From Eledone cirrhosa (taxonomy: Eukaryota), in contig OZ024759.1 in assembly GCA_964016885.1 (NCBI GenBank), positions 2,728,001-2,792,000 on the forward strand: a DNA stretch of 64,000 bases, read 5' to 3'. This document shows, piece after piece, positions 16,169 through 30,099 of this stretch (position 1 is its first letter; each line of letters opens with the position of its first letter). The notes below the pieces were generated by a model. That model did no database searches. It was not told where the DNA came from and saw only the letters and a program-made list of their open reading frames with translations. Position numbers and translations under genes: made by a program.

Positions 16169-16312
16169 TATGTATATGTATATGTATATATATGTATATA
16201 TATGTATATGTATATGTATATATATGTATATGTATATATATAAATATGTATATGTATATATATATGTATATATATATGTATATATATATATATATGTATA
16301 TATATGTATATG

Positions 16313-16359
<47 letters not shown>

Positions 16360-16541
16360 ATGTATATATATATATATGTATATGTATATATATATGTATA
16401 TGTATATATATATGTATATGTATATATATATGTATATGTATATATATATGTATATGTATATATATATGTATATATATATATATAGTGAGTTAGAAACTCA
16501 GAATAGCTCTAAGAAAAAAGATTTTCCGAGCCGTACAATAG

Positions 16542-17008
16542 AATTGAATAAACAAGAGAGATGAACACTAATATAAACATACATGTGTTCGAATCGTAAG
16601 GACCAAGTTTGGTAGAGTGAAAAAATACTAACTACAGCAATATGGTTTGTCAGACTTAATAATTAATATTAAATTAAGAAAAATAACAGACCTATATTGG
16701 TCTATATATTCAGTCTATAATATTTTTAGAAGTGGAAGGATCACTAATTTCTCAACAACTACTGAGGAGCAGAGAAAAAAGAGTGGACTTCACTTAATAA
16801 GATGTTGCGAAACAGTCTCCAAAACTGTCTAGTTGTTACCAGGCGATTGCCCAATATAGGGCTGTTATTTTTCTTAATTTAATATTTAAAATTAAGTCTG
16901 ACAAACCATATTGCTGTAGTTAGTATTTTTTCACCCTAACAAACTTGGTCCTTACGATTCGAACATATGTATGTTTATATTAACGTTCATCTCTCTTGTT
17001 TATTCAAT
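16542..17008. repeat. ~158-bp inverted repeat (16542-16700 / 16850-17008) enclosing a hammerhead
   Basis: Arms are reverse complements with a few mismatches. Confidence 0.85.
16754..16837 (+). ncRNA. Type I hammerhead ribozyme with extended stem II loop
   Basis: AACAACTA-CTGAGGA-GCA-(34 nt)-TGC-GAAA-CAGT-CTCCAAA-ACTG-TC-TAGTTGTT: 8-bp stem I, intact core, stable stem III, GUC site. Confidence 0.88.
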
Positions 17009-17032
17009 TATATGTATATATATATGTATATG

Positions 17033-17083
<51 letters not shown>

Positions 17084-17085
17084 GA

Positions 17086-17173
17086 AGGCGCATGGCTTAG
17101 TGGTTAGAGCATTGGGCTTGCAATTGAAAGGTTGTGAGTTCAATACTCAGAATGGGTGATATGTTGTTTCCTT

Positions 17174-17175
<2 letters not shown>
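17086..17175 (+). mobile_element. SINE head fragment
   Basis: ggcgcatggcttagtggttagagc...gagttcaata. Confidence 0.75.
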
Positions 17176-17208
<33 letters not shown>

Positions 17209-17274
17209 CAAAAACCTCATAAAACAAATTCATCGCCGTCATTATATATATATATATGTGTGTGTGTGTATATA

Positions 17275-18108
17275 TCATCATCATCATCATCATTTTACGT
17301 CTGCTTTTCCCTGCTTGCAAGGGTGGGACGGGTCTTATTTAGCACAGCATCTCTCCACTTGTCACGGTCCTTTGTCATTTCCACCATGAGCTTCAGCGAT
17401 CTGAGGTCTGTTTTCACCACCTCCACCCATGTTTTTCGTGGTCTTCCTCTACCGCGTCTTCCTTCAACTGGCATTTCCTGGCACTTTTCCACCCATCGGT
17501 CATCCTCCATGTGCATCACATGTCCATACCACCTCAGTCTCCTCTCTCGTACACTACATTCTATCTCTCTCAGACATAGTTTCTCTCTCAACACATTCAT
17601 GCTGGGTCGTTTACACACATTGACATTGCACATCCAACGGAGCATGCTTGCCTGATTTCTCTCCAGCCGTCACATATCCTCTGCAGTTGCTGCCTATGTC
17701 TCACTACCATGCAGCATCGCGCTCCTCACACAGGCATCATATAACCAGCCTTTCATATGCAGGGAGAAACCCTTCTTCGTCAGCAGAGGAAGCAGCTCCC
17801 TAAACTTCTTCCAACCCGTCCTTATTCTAGATACTATGGCCTCGGAACACCTCCCTCACATGCTAATCTGATCTCCTAGGTACCAGAAGCTATCCACCAC
17901 TTCTATAGCACCCACCTGCATTTGAAAAATGTATCTATCAATGCGACTTCTACTGTCTAATTTCCCTGTACATCTACTGCATACGTATTTCTCCCTACCT
18001 GTTAGTTTGCCTGCTATCCCACTACATCTCTTGTGTACCCAGGATCAGCATTGTGTGCATTTTATAGAATTTATGCCAGTTCCTTTTCTGCATATCGAAC
18101 ATGGCCAT
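17275..18108 (-). pseudogene. RTE LINE 3' fragment (different subfamily, essentially no 3'UTR)
   Basis: MLRWMCNV...RERRLRWYGHVM...GRGRPRKTW; (GAT)n tail follows the ORF end directly. Confidence 0.88.
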
Positions 18109-18132
18109 ATATATATTTATGTATATATGTAT

Positions 18133-18702
18133 ATCATCATCATCGTTTAACGTCCATCTTCCACGCTAGCATGGGTTAGACGGGAGTTGACCCAGTTGAG
18201 GCAAGGTTGGTCGGGTGACCATGTCTCGCTCATATATGACTATCTGGCAAGTTTTCTACGGCTGGATGCCCTTCCTAACACCAACCACATTAACAGTGTG
18301 GAACTGGGAACTTTTTACCGTGTTACCTACACGGCCACATTACAGTGTGGACTGCGTGTTTTTTTTGTCGTGACACCTACACGATCTCGATCTCATTATC
18401 TCGTGGTGTTGGTGGGAGTGGGAGGATAGGGTAGGGGTAGTGGATTGTGGTGTATATTTGGTTAAGAGGTGCCTACTGACTGTAGGTTTCGCTTTGTACA
18501 AGGCGGGTCTTCTGTATTACTGCGTAGCGCCAAAGATCTTGGTCCAGTGACATTGTCTTAGAGAGGTGCAAGTGTGTGAGGTCGGAATTTATCAGATCAT
18601 GCCAGGTTTTTCTGTGTCTACCTACTCCGTAACTACCATCATTTTGATCGCCTAGCACTTTTTTATTCAGCTGTCGTCTTTCATGCGCATCACGTGACCA
18701 TA
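18133..18702 (-). mobile_element. RTE LINE 3' end
   Basis: YGVGRHRKTWHDLINSDL; 3'UTR like 6378-6911. Confidence 0.85.
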
Positions 18703-18732
18703 TGTATATATGTATATATATATGTATATATG

Positions 18733-18808
<76 letters not shown>

Positions 18809-18916
18809 TAGCTGGCCCGTCCACCTGGCGCCCGGCTACCATTGGCGTGTTCTATGGCATCCAGATATATATATATAGCTGACGTACCTAGCTTCGCTTG
18901 GATAAACAGACGTGTT

Positions 18917-21900
18917 GTATAGTATTACTGTTGAATATATAGTATAGTATAGTATAGTATTACTGTTGAATATATAGTATAGTATAGTATTACTGTTGAA
19001 TATATAGTATAGTATAGTATTACTGTTGAATATATAGTATAGTATAGTATTACTGTTGAATATATAGTATAGTATAGTATTACTGTTGAATATATAGTAT
19101 AGTATAGTATTACTGTTGAATATATAGTATAGTATAGTATTACTGTTGAATATATAGTATAGTATAGTATTACTGTTGAATATATAGTATAGTATAGTAT
19201 TACTGTTGAATATATAGTATAGTATAGTATTACTGTTGAATATATAGTATAGTATAGTATTACTGTTGAATATATAGTATAGTATAGTATTACTGTTGAA
19301 TATATAGTATAGTATAGTATTACTGTTGAATATATAGTATAGTATAGTATTACTGTTGAATATATAGTATAGTATAGTATTACTGTTGAATATATAGTAT
19401 AGTATAGTATTACTGTTGAATATATAGTATAGTATAGTATTACTGTTGAATATATAGTATAGTATAGTATTACTGTTGAATATATAGTATAGTATAGTAT
19501 TACTGTTGAATATATAGTATAGTATAGTATTACTGTTGAATATATAGTATAGTATAGTATTACTGTTGAATATATAGTATAGTATAGTATAGTATTACTG
19601 TTGAATATATAGTATAGTATAGTATTACTGTTGAATATATAGTATAGTATAGTATTACTGTTGAATATATAGTATAGTATAGTATTACTGTTGAATATAT
19701 AGTATAGTATAGTATTACTGTTGAATATATAGTATAGTATAGTATTACTGTTGAATATATAGTATAGTATAGTATTACTGTTGAATATATAGTATAGTAT
19801 AGTATTACTGTTGAATACATATATAGTATAGTATTACTGTTGAATATATAGTATAGTATAGTATTACTGTTGAATATATAGTATAGTATTACTGTTGAAT
19901 ATATAGTATAGTATAGTATTACTGTTGAATATATAGTATAGTATAGTATTACTGTTGAATATATAGTATAGTATAGTATAGTATTACTGTTGAATATATA
20001 GTATAGTATAGTATTACTGTTGAATATATAGTATAGTATAGTATTACTGTTGAATATATAGTATAGTATAGTATAGTATTACTGTTGAATATATAGTATA
20101 GTATAGTATTACTGTTGAATATATAGTATAGTATAGTATTACTGTTGAATATATAGTATAGTATAGTATTACTGTTGAATATATAGTATAGTATAGTATT
20201 ACTGTTGAATATATAGTATAGTATAGTATTACTGTTGAATATATAGTATAGTATAGTATTACTGTTGAATATATAGTATAGTATAGTATTACTGTTGAAT
20301 ATATAGTATAGTATAGTATAGTATTACTGTTGAATATATAGTATAGTATAGTATTACTGTTGAATATATAGTATAGTATAGTATTACTGTTGAATATATA
20401 GTATAGTATAGTATAGTATAGTATTACTGTTGAATATATAGTATAGTATAGTATAATATTACTGTTGAATATATAGTATAGTATAGTATTACTGTTGAAT
20501 ATATAGTATAGTATAGTATAGTTTTACTGTTGAATATATAGTATAGTATAGTATTACTGTTGAATATATAGTATAGTATAGTATTACTGTTGAATATATA
20601 GTATAGTATAGTATTACTGTTGAATATATAGTATAGTATAGTATTACTGTTGAATATATAGTATAGTATAGTATTACTGTTGAATATATAGTATAGTATA
20701 GTATTACTGTTGAATATATAGTATAGTATAGTATTACTGTTGAATATATAGTATAGTATAGTATTACTGTTGAATATATAGTATAGTATAGTATTACTGT
20801 TGAATATATAGTATAGTATAGTATTACTGTTGAATATATAGTATAGTATAGTATTACTGTTGAATATATAGTATAGTATAGTATTACTGTTGAATATATA
20901 GTATAGTATAGTATTACTGTTGAATATATAGTATAGTATAGTATTACTGTTGAATATATAGTATAGTATAGTATTACTGTTGAATATATAGTATAGTATA
21001 GTATTACTGTTGAATACATATATAGTATAGTATTACTGTTGAATATATAGTATAGTATAGTATTACTGTTGAATACATATATAGTATAGTATTACTGTTG
21101 AATATATAGTATAGTATAGTATTACTGTTGAATATATAGTATAGTATTACTGTTGAATATATAGTATAGTATAGTATTACTGTTGAATATATAGTATAGT
21201 ATAGTATTACTGTTGAATATATATATAGTATAGTATTACTGTTGAATATATAGTATAGTATAGTATTACTGTTGAATATATAGTATAGTATAGTATTACT
21301 GTTGAAAATATAGTATAGTATAGTATTACTGTTGAATATATATATAGTATAGTATAGTATTACTGTTGAAATATATAGTATAGTATAGTATTACTGTTGA
21401 ATATATATAGTATAGTATAGTATTACTGTTGAATATATATATAGTATAGTATAGTATTACTGTTGAATATATAGTATAGTATAGTATTACTGTTGAATAT
21501 ATAGTATAGTATAGTATTACTGTTGAATATATAGTATAGTATAGTATTACTGTTGAATATATAGTATAGTATAGTATTACTGTTGAATATATAGTATAGT
21601 ATTACTGTTGAATATATAGTATAGTATAGTATTACTGTTGAATATATATATAGTATAGTATTACTGTTGAATATATATATAGTATAGTATAGTATTACTG
21701 TTGAAAATATAGTATAGTATAGTATTACTGTTGAATATATATATAGTATAGTATAGTATTACTGTTGAAAATATATAGTATAGTATAGTATTACTGTTGA
21801 ATATATATAGTATAGTATAGTATTACTGTTGAATATATATATAGTATAGTATAGTATTACTGTTGAATATATAGTATAGTATAGTATTACTGTTGAATAT

Positions 21901-24243
21901 ATAGTATAGTATAGTATTACTGTTGAATATATAGTATAGTATAGTATTACTGTTGAATATATAGTATAGTATAGTATTACTGTTGAATATATAGTATAGT
22001 ATAGTATTACTGTTGAATATATAGTATAGTATAGTATTACTGTTGAATATATAGTATAGTATAGTATTACTGTTGAATATATAGTATAGTATAGTATTAC
22101 TGTTGAATATATAGTATAGTATAGTATTACTGTTGAATATATAGTATAGTATAGTATTACTGTTGAATATATAGTATAGTATAGTATTACTGTTGAATAT
22201 ATAGTATAGTATAGTATTACTGTTGAATATATAGTATAGTATAGTATTACTGTTGAATATATAGTATAGTATAGTATTACTGTTGAATATATAGTATAGT
22301 ATAGTATTACTGTTGAATATATAGTATAGTATAGTATTACTGTTGAATATATAGTATAGTATAGTATTACTGTTGAATATATAGTATAGTATAGTATTAC
22401 TGTTGAATATATAGTATAGTATAGTATTACTGTTGAATATATAGTATAGTATAGTATTACTGTTGAATATATAGTATAGTATAGTATTACTGTTGAATAC
22501 ATATATAGTATAGTATTACTGTTGAATATATAGTATAGTATAGTATTACTGTTGAATACATATATAGTATAGTATTACTGTTGAATATATAGTATAGTAT
22601 AGTATTACTGTTGAATATATAGTATAGTATTACTGTTGAATATATAGTATAGTATAGTATTACTGTTGAATATATAGTATAGTATAGTATTACTGTTGAA
22701 TATATATATAGTATAGTATTACTGTTGAATATATAGTATAGTATAGTATTACTGTTGAATATATAGTATAGTATAGTATTACTGTTGAAAATATAGTATA
22801 GTATAGTATTACTGTTGAATATATATATAGTATAGTATAGTATTACTGTTGAAAATATATAGTATAGTATAGTATTACTGTTGAATATATATAGTATAGT
22901 ATAGTATTACTGTTGAATATATATATAGTATAGTATAGTATTACTGTTGAATATATAGTATAGTATAGTATTACTGTTGAATATATAGTATAGTATAGTA
23001 TTACTGTTGAATATATAGTATAGTATAGTATTACTGTTGAATATATAGTATAGTATAGTATTACTGTTGAATATATAGTATAGTATTACTGTTGAATATA
23101 TAGTATAGTATAGTATTACTGTTGAATATATATATAGTATAGTATTACTGTTGAATATATATATAGTATAGTATAGTATTACTGTTGAAAATATAGTATA
23201 GTATAGTATTACTGTTGAATATATATATAGTATAGTATAGTATTACTGTTGAAAATATATAGTATAGTATAGTATTACTGTTGAATATATATAGTATAGT
23301 ATAGTATTACTGTTGAATATATATATAGTATAGTATAGTATTACTGTTGAATATATAGTATAGTATAGTATTACTGTTGAATATATAGTATAGTATAGTA
23401 TTACTGTTGAATATATAGTATAGTATAGTATTACTGTTGAATATATAGTATAGTATAGTATTACTGTTGAATATATAGTATAGTATAGTATTACTGTTGA
23501 ATATATAGTATAGTATAGTTTTACTGTTGAATATATATATAGTATAGTATTACTATTGAATATATATATAGTATAGTATAGTATTACTGTTGAATATATA
23601 GTATAGTATAGTATTACTGTTGAATATATATATAGTATAGTATTACTGTTGAATATATATATAGTATAGTATAGTATTACTGTTGAAAATATATAGTATA
23701 GTATAGTATTACTGTTGAATATATATAGTATAGTATAGTAATACTGTTGAATATATAGTATAGTATTACTGTTGAATATATATATAGTATAGTATTACTG
23801 TTGAATATATATATAGTATAGTATTACTGTTGAATATATAGTATAGTATAGTATTACTGTTGAATATATAGTATAGTATAGTATTACTGTTGAATATATA
23901 TAGTATAGTATAGTATTACTGTTGAATATATAGTATAGTATAGTATTACTGTTGAATATATAGTATAGTATAGTATTACTGTTGAATATATAGTATAGTA
24001 TAGTATTACTGTTGAATATATAGTATAGTATAGTATTACTGTTGAATATATAGTATAGTATAGTATTACTGTTGAATATATAGTATAGTATAGTTTTACT
24101 GTTGAATATATAGTATAGTATAGTTTTACTGTTGAATATATATAGTATAGTATAGTATTACTGTTGAAAATATATATAGTATAGTATTACTGTTGAAAAT
24201 ATATATAGTATAGTATAGTATTACTGTTGAAAATATATAGTAT
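18917..24243. repeat. 30-bp minisatellite (TACTGTTGAATATATAGTATAGTATAGTAT)n, ~5.3 kb
   Basis: Directly visible tandem array with TAGTA/TA length variants. Confidence 0.98.
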
Positions 24244-24324
24244 CCCTGTACATATATATATTTGTGTGTATATATATATACAACCATATATGTTAACATG
24301 AGCCTCCTATTGTTCTATTTGCAG

Positions 24325-24525
24325 TGGTATCATCAGTGCCGTTGATTAGTAAGCAGGTGATTACTCACCTTAGTTACAACAGCGATGATACTATACACAG
24401 CGCCAGCCAGGAACTAAAGGTTCCAGTATTTAGTGAGTTTGGTTCCATAACAGCTGTCTTATCTGATGGTGTGGTATTTACCTGCAGCCAGTTTGGTTCT
24501 TCTGGTTATTTCAAGAACTTCACAG
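24325..24525 (+). CDS. SPAG17: SPAG17/PF6-like exon A (phase 1-1)
   Basis: tgcag|...|gtttgt. SEFGSITAVLSDGVVFTCSQFGSSG resembles the recalled SPAG17 segment [24 protein letters not shown]. Confidence 0.75.
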
Positions 24526-24749
24526 GTTTGTCATCTTTTCTTCTTTTATCCTATATTTTGCGGAATTCCATAAGTACGCAGTCTTTTATTCTATATCTTA
24601 AGGAGGTATTCCACAGGTGTGCAGTCTTTTATCCTATATCTTGATAAGGAATTCCATAGGTGTCTAGTTTGCAATGGGATGTTATGTTTTGAGGATCTTA
24701 CTGTAGTATTGGTTGTATATAATTGCGGTAGTCAACCAATGTGTATATC

Positions 24750-25310
24750 TGTGGAAAGCAACTGCGTTGATATCGTGGGGAATGAGGTTCCCCGATCACA
24801 CTGCTACGGTTACGGAAGAAGAATGAAAACTCTCGCTACATTTATATATTATTTATTAGTATTTCAAGACAGAAACACTTGATATAACATTTTGTTATAG
24901 TCAAAAGATATGAACAACAAACAGGAGAGAATTTGTGTAACTATGTGTATGAGATATGTTTGGGTAGGATGAATGCTTATGTGCAGCGATACAAAGTAGC
25001 TTGCCTTATAGAAGTGGCTGGCTGTTATTTCTTGTGGCCCTGCCCACAGGCAGGCCAGATAGATATTTTAGCCAAGGGCTACATCAGTGGCTTGATGGGT
25101 AGACCTCATGTGTCTCTCGCTGTTGACCAGAGCAGACTGCTGTGTTTACTAATTAAAGGATCCTGCTTGAATGACTTGAGAACCTATCTTGATTTCACCC
25201 CCAAATTACCTGCCACTTCAGACAACTGACACCAAAGGGAGATAACATAGAAAATGACCATTAGATGTCACCTAGGGGTCGTGAATAGGTTTCACTACAA
25301 GTTTACCACC
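24750..25310 (-). mobile_element. Possible solo LTR
   Basis: Imperfect terminal inverted ends TGTGGAAAGC...GTTTACCAC and a minus-strand AATAAA near 24852; no clear TSD. Confidence 0.25.
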
Positions 25311-27675
25311 TGTGGTAGTGGTGGTGGTGGTGTTGTTGGTGTGGTGGTGGTGGTGGTGGTGGTGGAGGTATGATTTGGCGGTGGTGGTGGTGTTAGTGGT
25401 GGTGGAGGCAGTGATGGTGGTGGTGTTGGTGTGGTGGTGGTGGTGTGGTGGCAGTGATGGTGGTGGTATGATGTGGTGGTGGTGGTGTTAGTGGTGGTGG
25501 AGGCAGTGATAGTGGTGGTGGCAGTGGTGGTGGTGGTGGTGTTAGTGGTGGAGTTGGTGTGGTGGTGGTGGGGGTGTTAGTGGTGGAGTTGGTGTGGTGG
25601 TGGTGGTGGTGTTAGTGGTGGAGTTGGTGTGGTGGTGGTGGTGGTGTTAGTGGTGGAGTTGGTGTGGTGGTGGAGTTGGTGTGGTGGTGGTGGTGGTGTT
25701 AGTGGTGGAGTTGGTGTGGTGGTGGAGTTGGTGTGGTGGTGGTGGTGGTGTTAGTGGTGGAGTTGGTGTGGTGGTGGTGGTGGTGTTAGTGGTGGAGTTG
25801 GTGTGGTGGTGGAGTTGGTGTGGTGGTGGTGGTGGTGTTAGTGGTGGAGTTGGTGTGGTGGTGGTGGTGGTGTTAGTGGTGGAGTTGGTGTGGTGGTGGT
25901 GGTGGTGTTAGTGGTGGAGTTGGTGTGGTGGTGGTGGTGGTGTTAATGGTGGAGTTGGTTTGGTGGTGGTGTTAGTGGTGGTGGTGGTGTTAGTGGTGGA
26001 GTTGGTGTGGTGGTGGTGGTGTTAGTAGTGGAGTTGGTGTGGTGGTGGTGGTGGTGGTGTTAGTAGTGGAGTTGGTGTGGTGGTGGAGTTGGTGTGGTGG
26101 TGGTGGTGGTGGTGTTAGTGGTGGAGTTGGTGTGGTGGTGGTGGTGGTGTTAGTGGTGGAGTTGGTGTGGTGGTGGAGTTGGTGTGGTGGTGGTGGTGGT
26201 GTTAGTGGTGGAGTTGGTGTGGTGGTGGTGGTGGTGTTAGTGGTGGAGTTGGTGTGGTGGTGGAGTTGGTGTGGTGGTGGTGGTGGTGGTGTTAGTGGTG
26301 GAGTTGGTGTGGTGGTGGTGGTGGTGTTAGTGGTGGAGTTGGTGTGGTGGTGGTGGTGGTGTTAGTGGTGGAGTTGGTGTGGTGGTGGTGGTGGTGTTAG
26401 TGGTGGTGTTAGTGGTGGTGGTGGTGTTAGTGGTGGTGGTGGTGTTAGTGGTGGAGTTGGTGTGGTGGTGGTGGTGTTAGTAGTGGAGTTGGTGTGGTGG
26501 TGGTGGTGGTGGTGTTAGTAGTGGAGTTGGTGTGGTGGTGGTGGTGGTGTTAGTGGTGGAGTTGGTGTGGTGGTGGTGTTAGTGGTGGAGTTGGTGTGGT
26601 GGTGGAGTTGGTAGTGGTGGTGGTGGTGGTGTTAGTGGTGGAGTTGGTGTGGTGGTGGTGTTAGTGGTGGAGTTGGTGTGGTGGTGGTGGTGGTGTTAGT
26701 GGTGGAGTTGGTTTGGTGGTGGTGGTGGTGGTGTTAGTAGTGGAGCTGGTGTGGTGGTGGTGGTGGTGTTAGTGGTGGAGTTGGTGTGGTGGTGGTGGTG
26801 GTGGTGTTAGTAGTGGAGTTGGTGTGGTGGTGGTGGTGGTGTTAGTGGTGGAGTTGGTGTGGTGGTGGAGTTGGTGTGGTGGTGGAGTTGGTGTGGTGGT
26901 GGTGGTGGTGTTAGTGGTGGAGTTGGTGTGGTGGTGGAGTTGGTGTGGTGGTGGTGGTGGTGTTAGTGGTGGAGTTGGTGTGGTGGTGGTGTTAGTGGTG
27001 GAGTTGGTGTGGTGGTGGTGGTGGTGTTAGTAGTGGAGTTGGTGTGGTGGTGGTGGTGGTGGTGTTAGTAGTGGAGTTGGTGTGGTGGTGGTGGTGGTGT
27101 TAGTGGTGGAGTTGGTGTGGTGGTGGTGGTGGTGTTAGTAGTGGAGTTGGTGTGGTGGTGGTGGTGGTGGTGTTAGTAGTGGAGTTGGTGTGGTGGTGGT
27201 GGTGGTGTTAGTGGTGGAGTTGGTTTGGTGGTGGTGGTGGTGGTGTTAGTGGTGGAGTTGGTGTGGTGGTGGTGGTGTTAGTGGTGGAGTTGGTTTGGTG
27301 GTGGTGTTAGTGGTGGTGGTGGTGTTAGTGGTGGAGTTGGTGTGGTGGTGGTGGTGGTGGTGTTAGTGGTGGAGTTGGTTTGGTGGTGGTGTTAGTGGTG
27401 GTGGTGGTGTTAGTGGTGGAGTTGGTGTGGTGGTGGTGGTGGTGGTGTTATTAGTGGAGTTGGTGTGGTGGTGGTGGTGGTGTTAGTGGTGGAGTTGGTG
27501 TGGTTGTGGTGGTGGTGGTGGTGTTAGTAGTGGAGTTGGTGTGGTGGTGGTGGTGGTGTTAGTGGTGGAGTTGGTGTGGTGGTGGTGGTGGTGTTAGTGG
27601 TGGAGTTGGTGTGGTGGTGGTGGTGGTGGTGGTGTTAGTAGTGGAGTTGGTGTGGTGGTGGTGGTGATGGTGGAG
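25311..27675. repeat. GGT-based compound satellite ((GGT)n-GTTAGT-GGTGGAGTTGGTGT)
   Basis: Directly visible; strongly G/T strand-biased. Confidence 0.95.
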
Positions 27676-28084
27676 TGAGCAGGGGAGAGTCGATAAAATA
27701 AAGTAGCAGTTATGTAATCGAGGTCAATATAATTGACTTACCCTCCCCACCAAATTATATATTGCTGGCCTTGTGCCTAAATTAGAAACCATTCTTAGTC
27801 ATGCCAACTTACAACGAAAATATACTTTGCCGAGGAGATCTAATAGGATAGAAACAACCATTATTTTCACCAAGTTGGTTTATAGATAAGATCCATGCAC
27901 ATTGTATTGTTTTAAAAAGCTTGAATTAGCCAGGGATACAGGAGTTATCATGCTTTCTTGCTTCCATGACTAAACATCCTTAAAGGGATTTTCAGTCTTG
28001 ATATTGCACGGATAGTCTGAATTCATTGGAGTTTTATCCCCACTTGGCATATTCAAACTGTTTTATGTATGTGAATTTTTACAT

Positions 28085-28465
28085 CATCATCATTTTATCA
28101 TCATCATTCTACATCCACTGTTCCAAGCTCACATAGGTTACATGGGTCTTTTTCCCTACATAATCTCTTTACTCATCCCTTTGCCATCTTCTCTATGAGC
28201 TTCAGCAATGTGAGATGAGCTCTCACAACCTCTTTGTCTTCCTTTATTGTAGCTTCCTTCAATTGGGATTTCTTGACATTTCTTCACCCAGGGATTATCA
28301 TCCATGCACATCACATGTCGATACCAATGCAGTCGTCTCCTACCTTGCACACCACTTCGGATTCCTCTTATGCCGTGTTTCTCTCTCACAGCTTATCCCT
28401 GCTTTGTCCTTCTTGCACATTAACATTGCACATTTATCAAAACATACTTGTTTTATTTCTCTTGG
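28085..28465 (-). pseudogene. Old RTE 3' fragment
   Basis: GIRSGVQGRRRLHWYRHVM..WVKKCQE. Confidence 0.75.
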
Positions 28466-28496
28466 TCACCATGTTTTTTTCTTTTTTCATTTACAG

Positions 28497-29152
28497 GTAA
28501 AATTGAGCCGAACATCCTCAGTAAGGATACGAAAGACCAACAGTCTTTGTCATCAGAATCACTAGAGAAAGAATCACTTGTGAAAGACCCGCTGGTGAGT
28601 GAAATGGGTGGGAGAGACGTGCTGCTGCAGAAGGAAGTACATAGGAGAGAATCTTGGGTGAAGGAATCCCATAGGAGACAATCTTTGATGGAATTCCGTA
28701 GGAAAGATTCTGTAAAGGTAGTCCCTAGGAGAGAATCTGTGAAGGAACTCCTTAGGAGAGAATCTTTGAAGGAACTCCTTAGGAGAGAATCTTTGAAGGA
28801 ACCCCCTAAGAGAGAATCTGTGAAGGGACCCTTTAGGAGAGAATCTGTGAAGGAACTCCTTAGGAGCGAATCTTGGGTGAAGGAACCCGTTAAGAAGGAA
28901 TCCCTTAGGAGAGAATCTTGGGTTAAGGAACCCCTTAGGAGAGAATCTATCAAGGAACCCCTTAGGAGAGAATATTTGGGGAAGGAACCCCTTTCGAGAG
29001 AATCTGTGGTGAAGGAATCCTTTGGAAGAGACTCACCATTGAAGGAAATGTGTGGAAGAAATTCCCTAGTCAAAGACACATCTGGAAGAGAATCACTGCT
29101 GAAAGACCGACTAAAGATGAAATATAGTTCAGAACATCACCCATTAAACAGT
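28497..29152 (+). CDS. SPAG17: SPAG17-like exon B with tandem RRES repeats (phase 1-0)
   Basis: Strong polypyrimidine ttacag acceptor; open frame in phase with both neighbours. The donor gtaaac is weak, so the 3' end is less certain. Confidence 0.6.
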
Positions 29153-29913
29153 GTAAACACTTTATTTTATTTTATTTTATTTTACTCCTTACAAAGTAGT
29201 GAACAGGCGGAAATTAGCAGAGTCGTTCAGATAAAATACTTTATGGGATCTGTTCCAGCTCTCTGCCCCCTCAGTTCAAATCCCACTGAGGTCAACTTTG
29301 CCTTTCATGCCTTTGAGGTCGATAAAACATGTACCAGTCAAGTACTGGGGTTGATTCTTCCCCTCTCTCTCGCTTTCTATCTCTCTCTGGAATAAATCTG
29401 CTGTACTCAGGCCTGGAGAGAGATAGGCTCCGCCAGGCTTAAAATGCCCAAGAAATGCCACATGTCAATACTGCACCCCTACAACTCTATTAGCAGTTTT
29501 GGGACCATACCATACTAAAATAGTGAAACCCATGGTATGTTAGTCTCTTGTGATCTGATCTTTTAATTGTTTCAGTCATAAGACTGTGACCATGCTGGGG
29601 CAGAGCCTTTCAAGGGAAATTAATTGGCCAATAATATTGAACCCTCCTCCCCTCCGTCACTCCACCCAATCCATAATTATTGAACTTAATTAAGTCTGGT
29701 TTACTCAGTTGAAAAGGATTTACCAGCAATAGCTGTGATGGACTGGTGTCCTATCCAGGGGGAAGTCTTACCAGTTTGATGATAAACTTTGGATGTACAC
29801 CAGATGGTTGACAGTTGTTAGTGGAGTGTTGTGGTCTTTTATTGTATGTTTCTTTCTGCATTTAGTGCTAATAAATTTCTGTTGTAAGGAAAGGAATTTT
29901 GGATATATTCCAG

Positions 29914-30037
29914 TTTCCTGATCTGACCACTAAAAGATGTGGTTCTGAAAATGATGCACAGTTTGGGCCGTTTCCAACCATATTCTTGACTTGTCCAGAT
30001 GGTTTAAGGCTGGACTTTGAAGTAATAGAATCAAAAG
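29914..30037 (+). CDS. SPAG17: SPAG17-like exon C (phase 0-1)
   Basis: ttccag|FPDLTTKRCGSENDAQFGPFPTIFLTCPDGLRLDFEVIESK|gtaggt; resembles recalled FQSLNVSCPSGLLLTF. Not in the ORF track. Confidence 0.72.
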
Positions 30038-30099
30038 GTAGGTAAAAATCAGGACAGATAATTCTTCTGCCTCTCTCACTTTCTTTCTTTATCGCCTTC

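Noticed and set aside
19560-22502. YSTVILYYTI repeat ORFs, or a CRISPR-like array
   Set aside because: Pure tandem 30-mer with no unique spacers and no cas genes; eukaryotic context.
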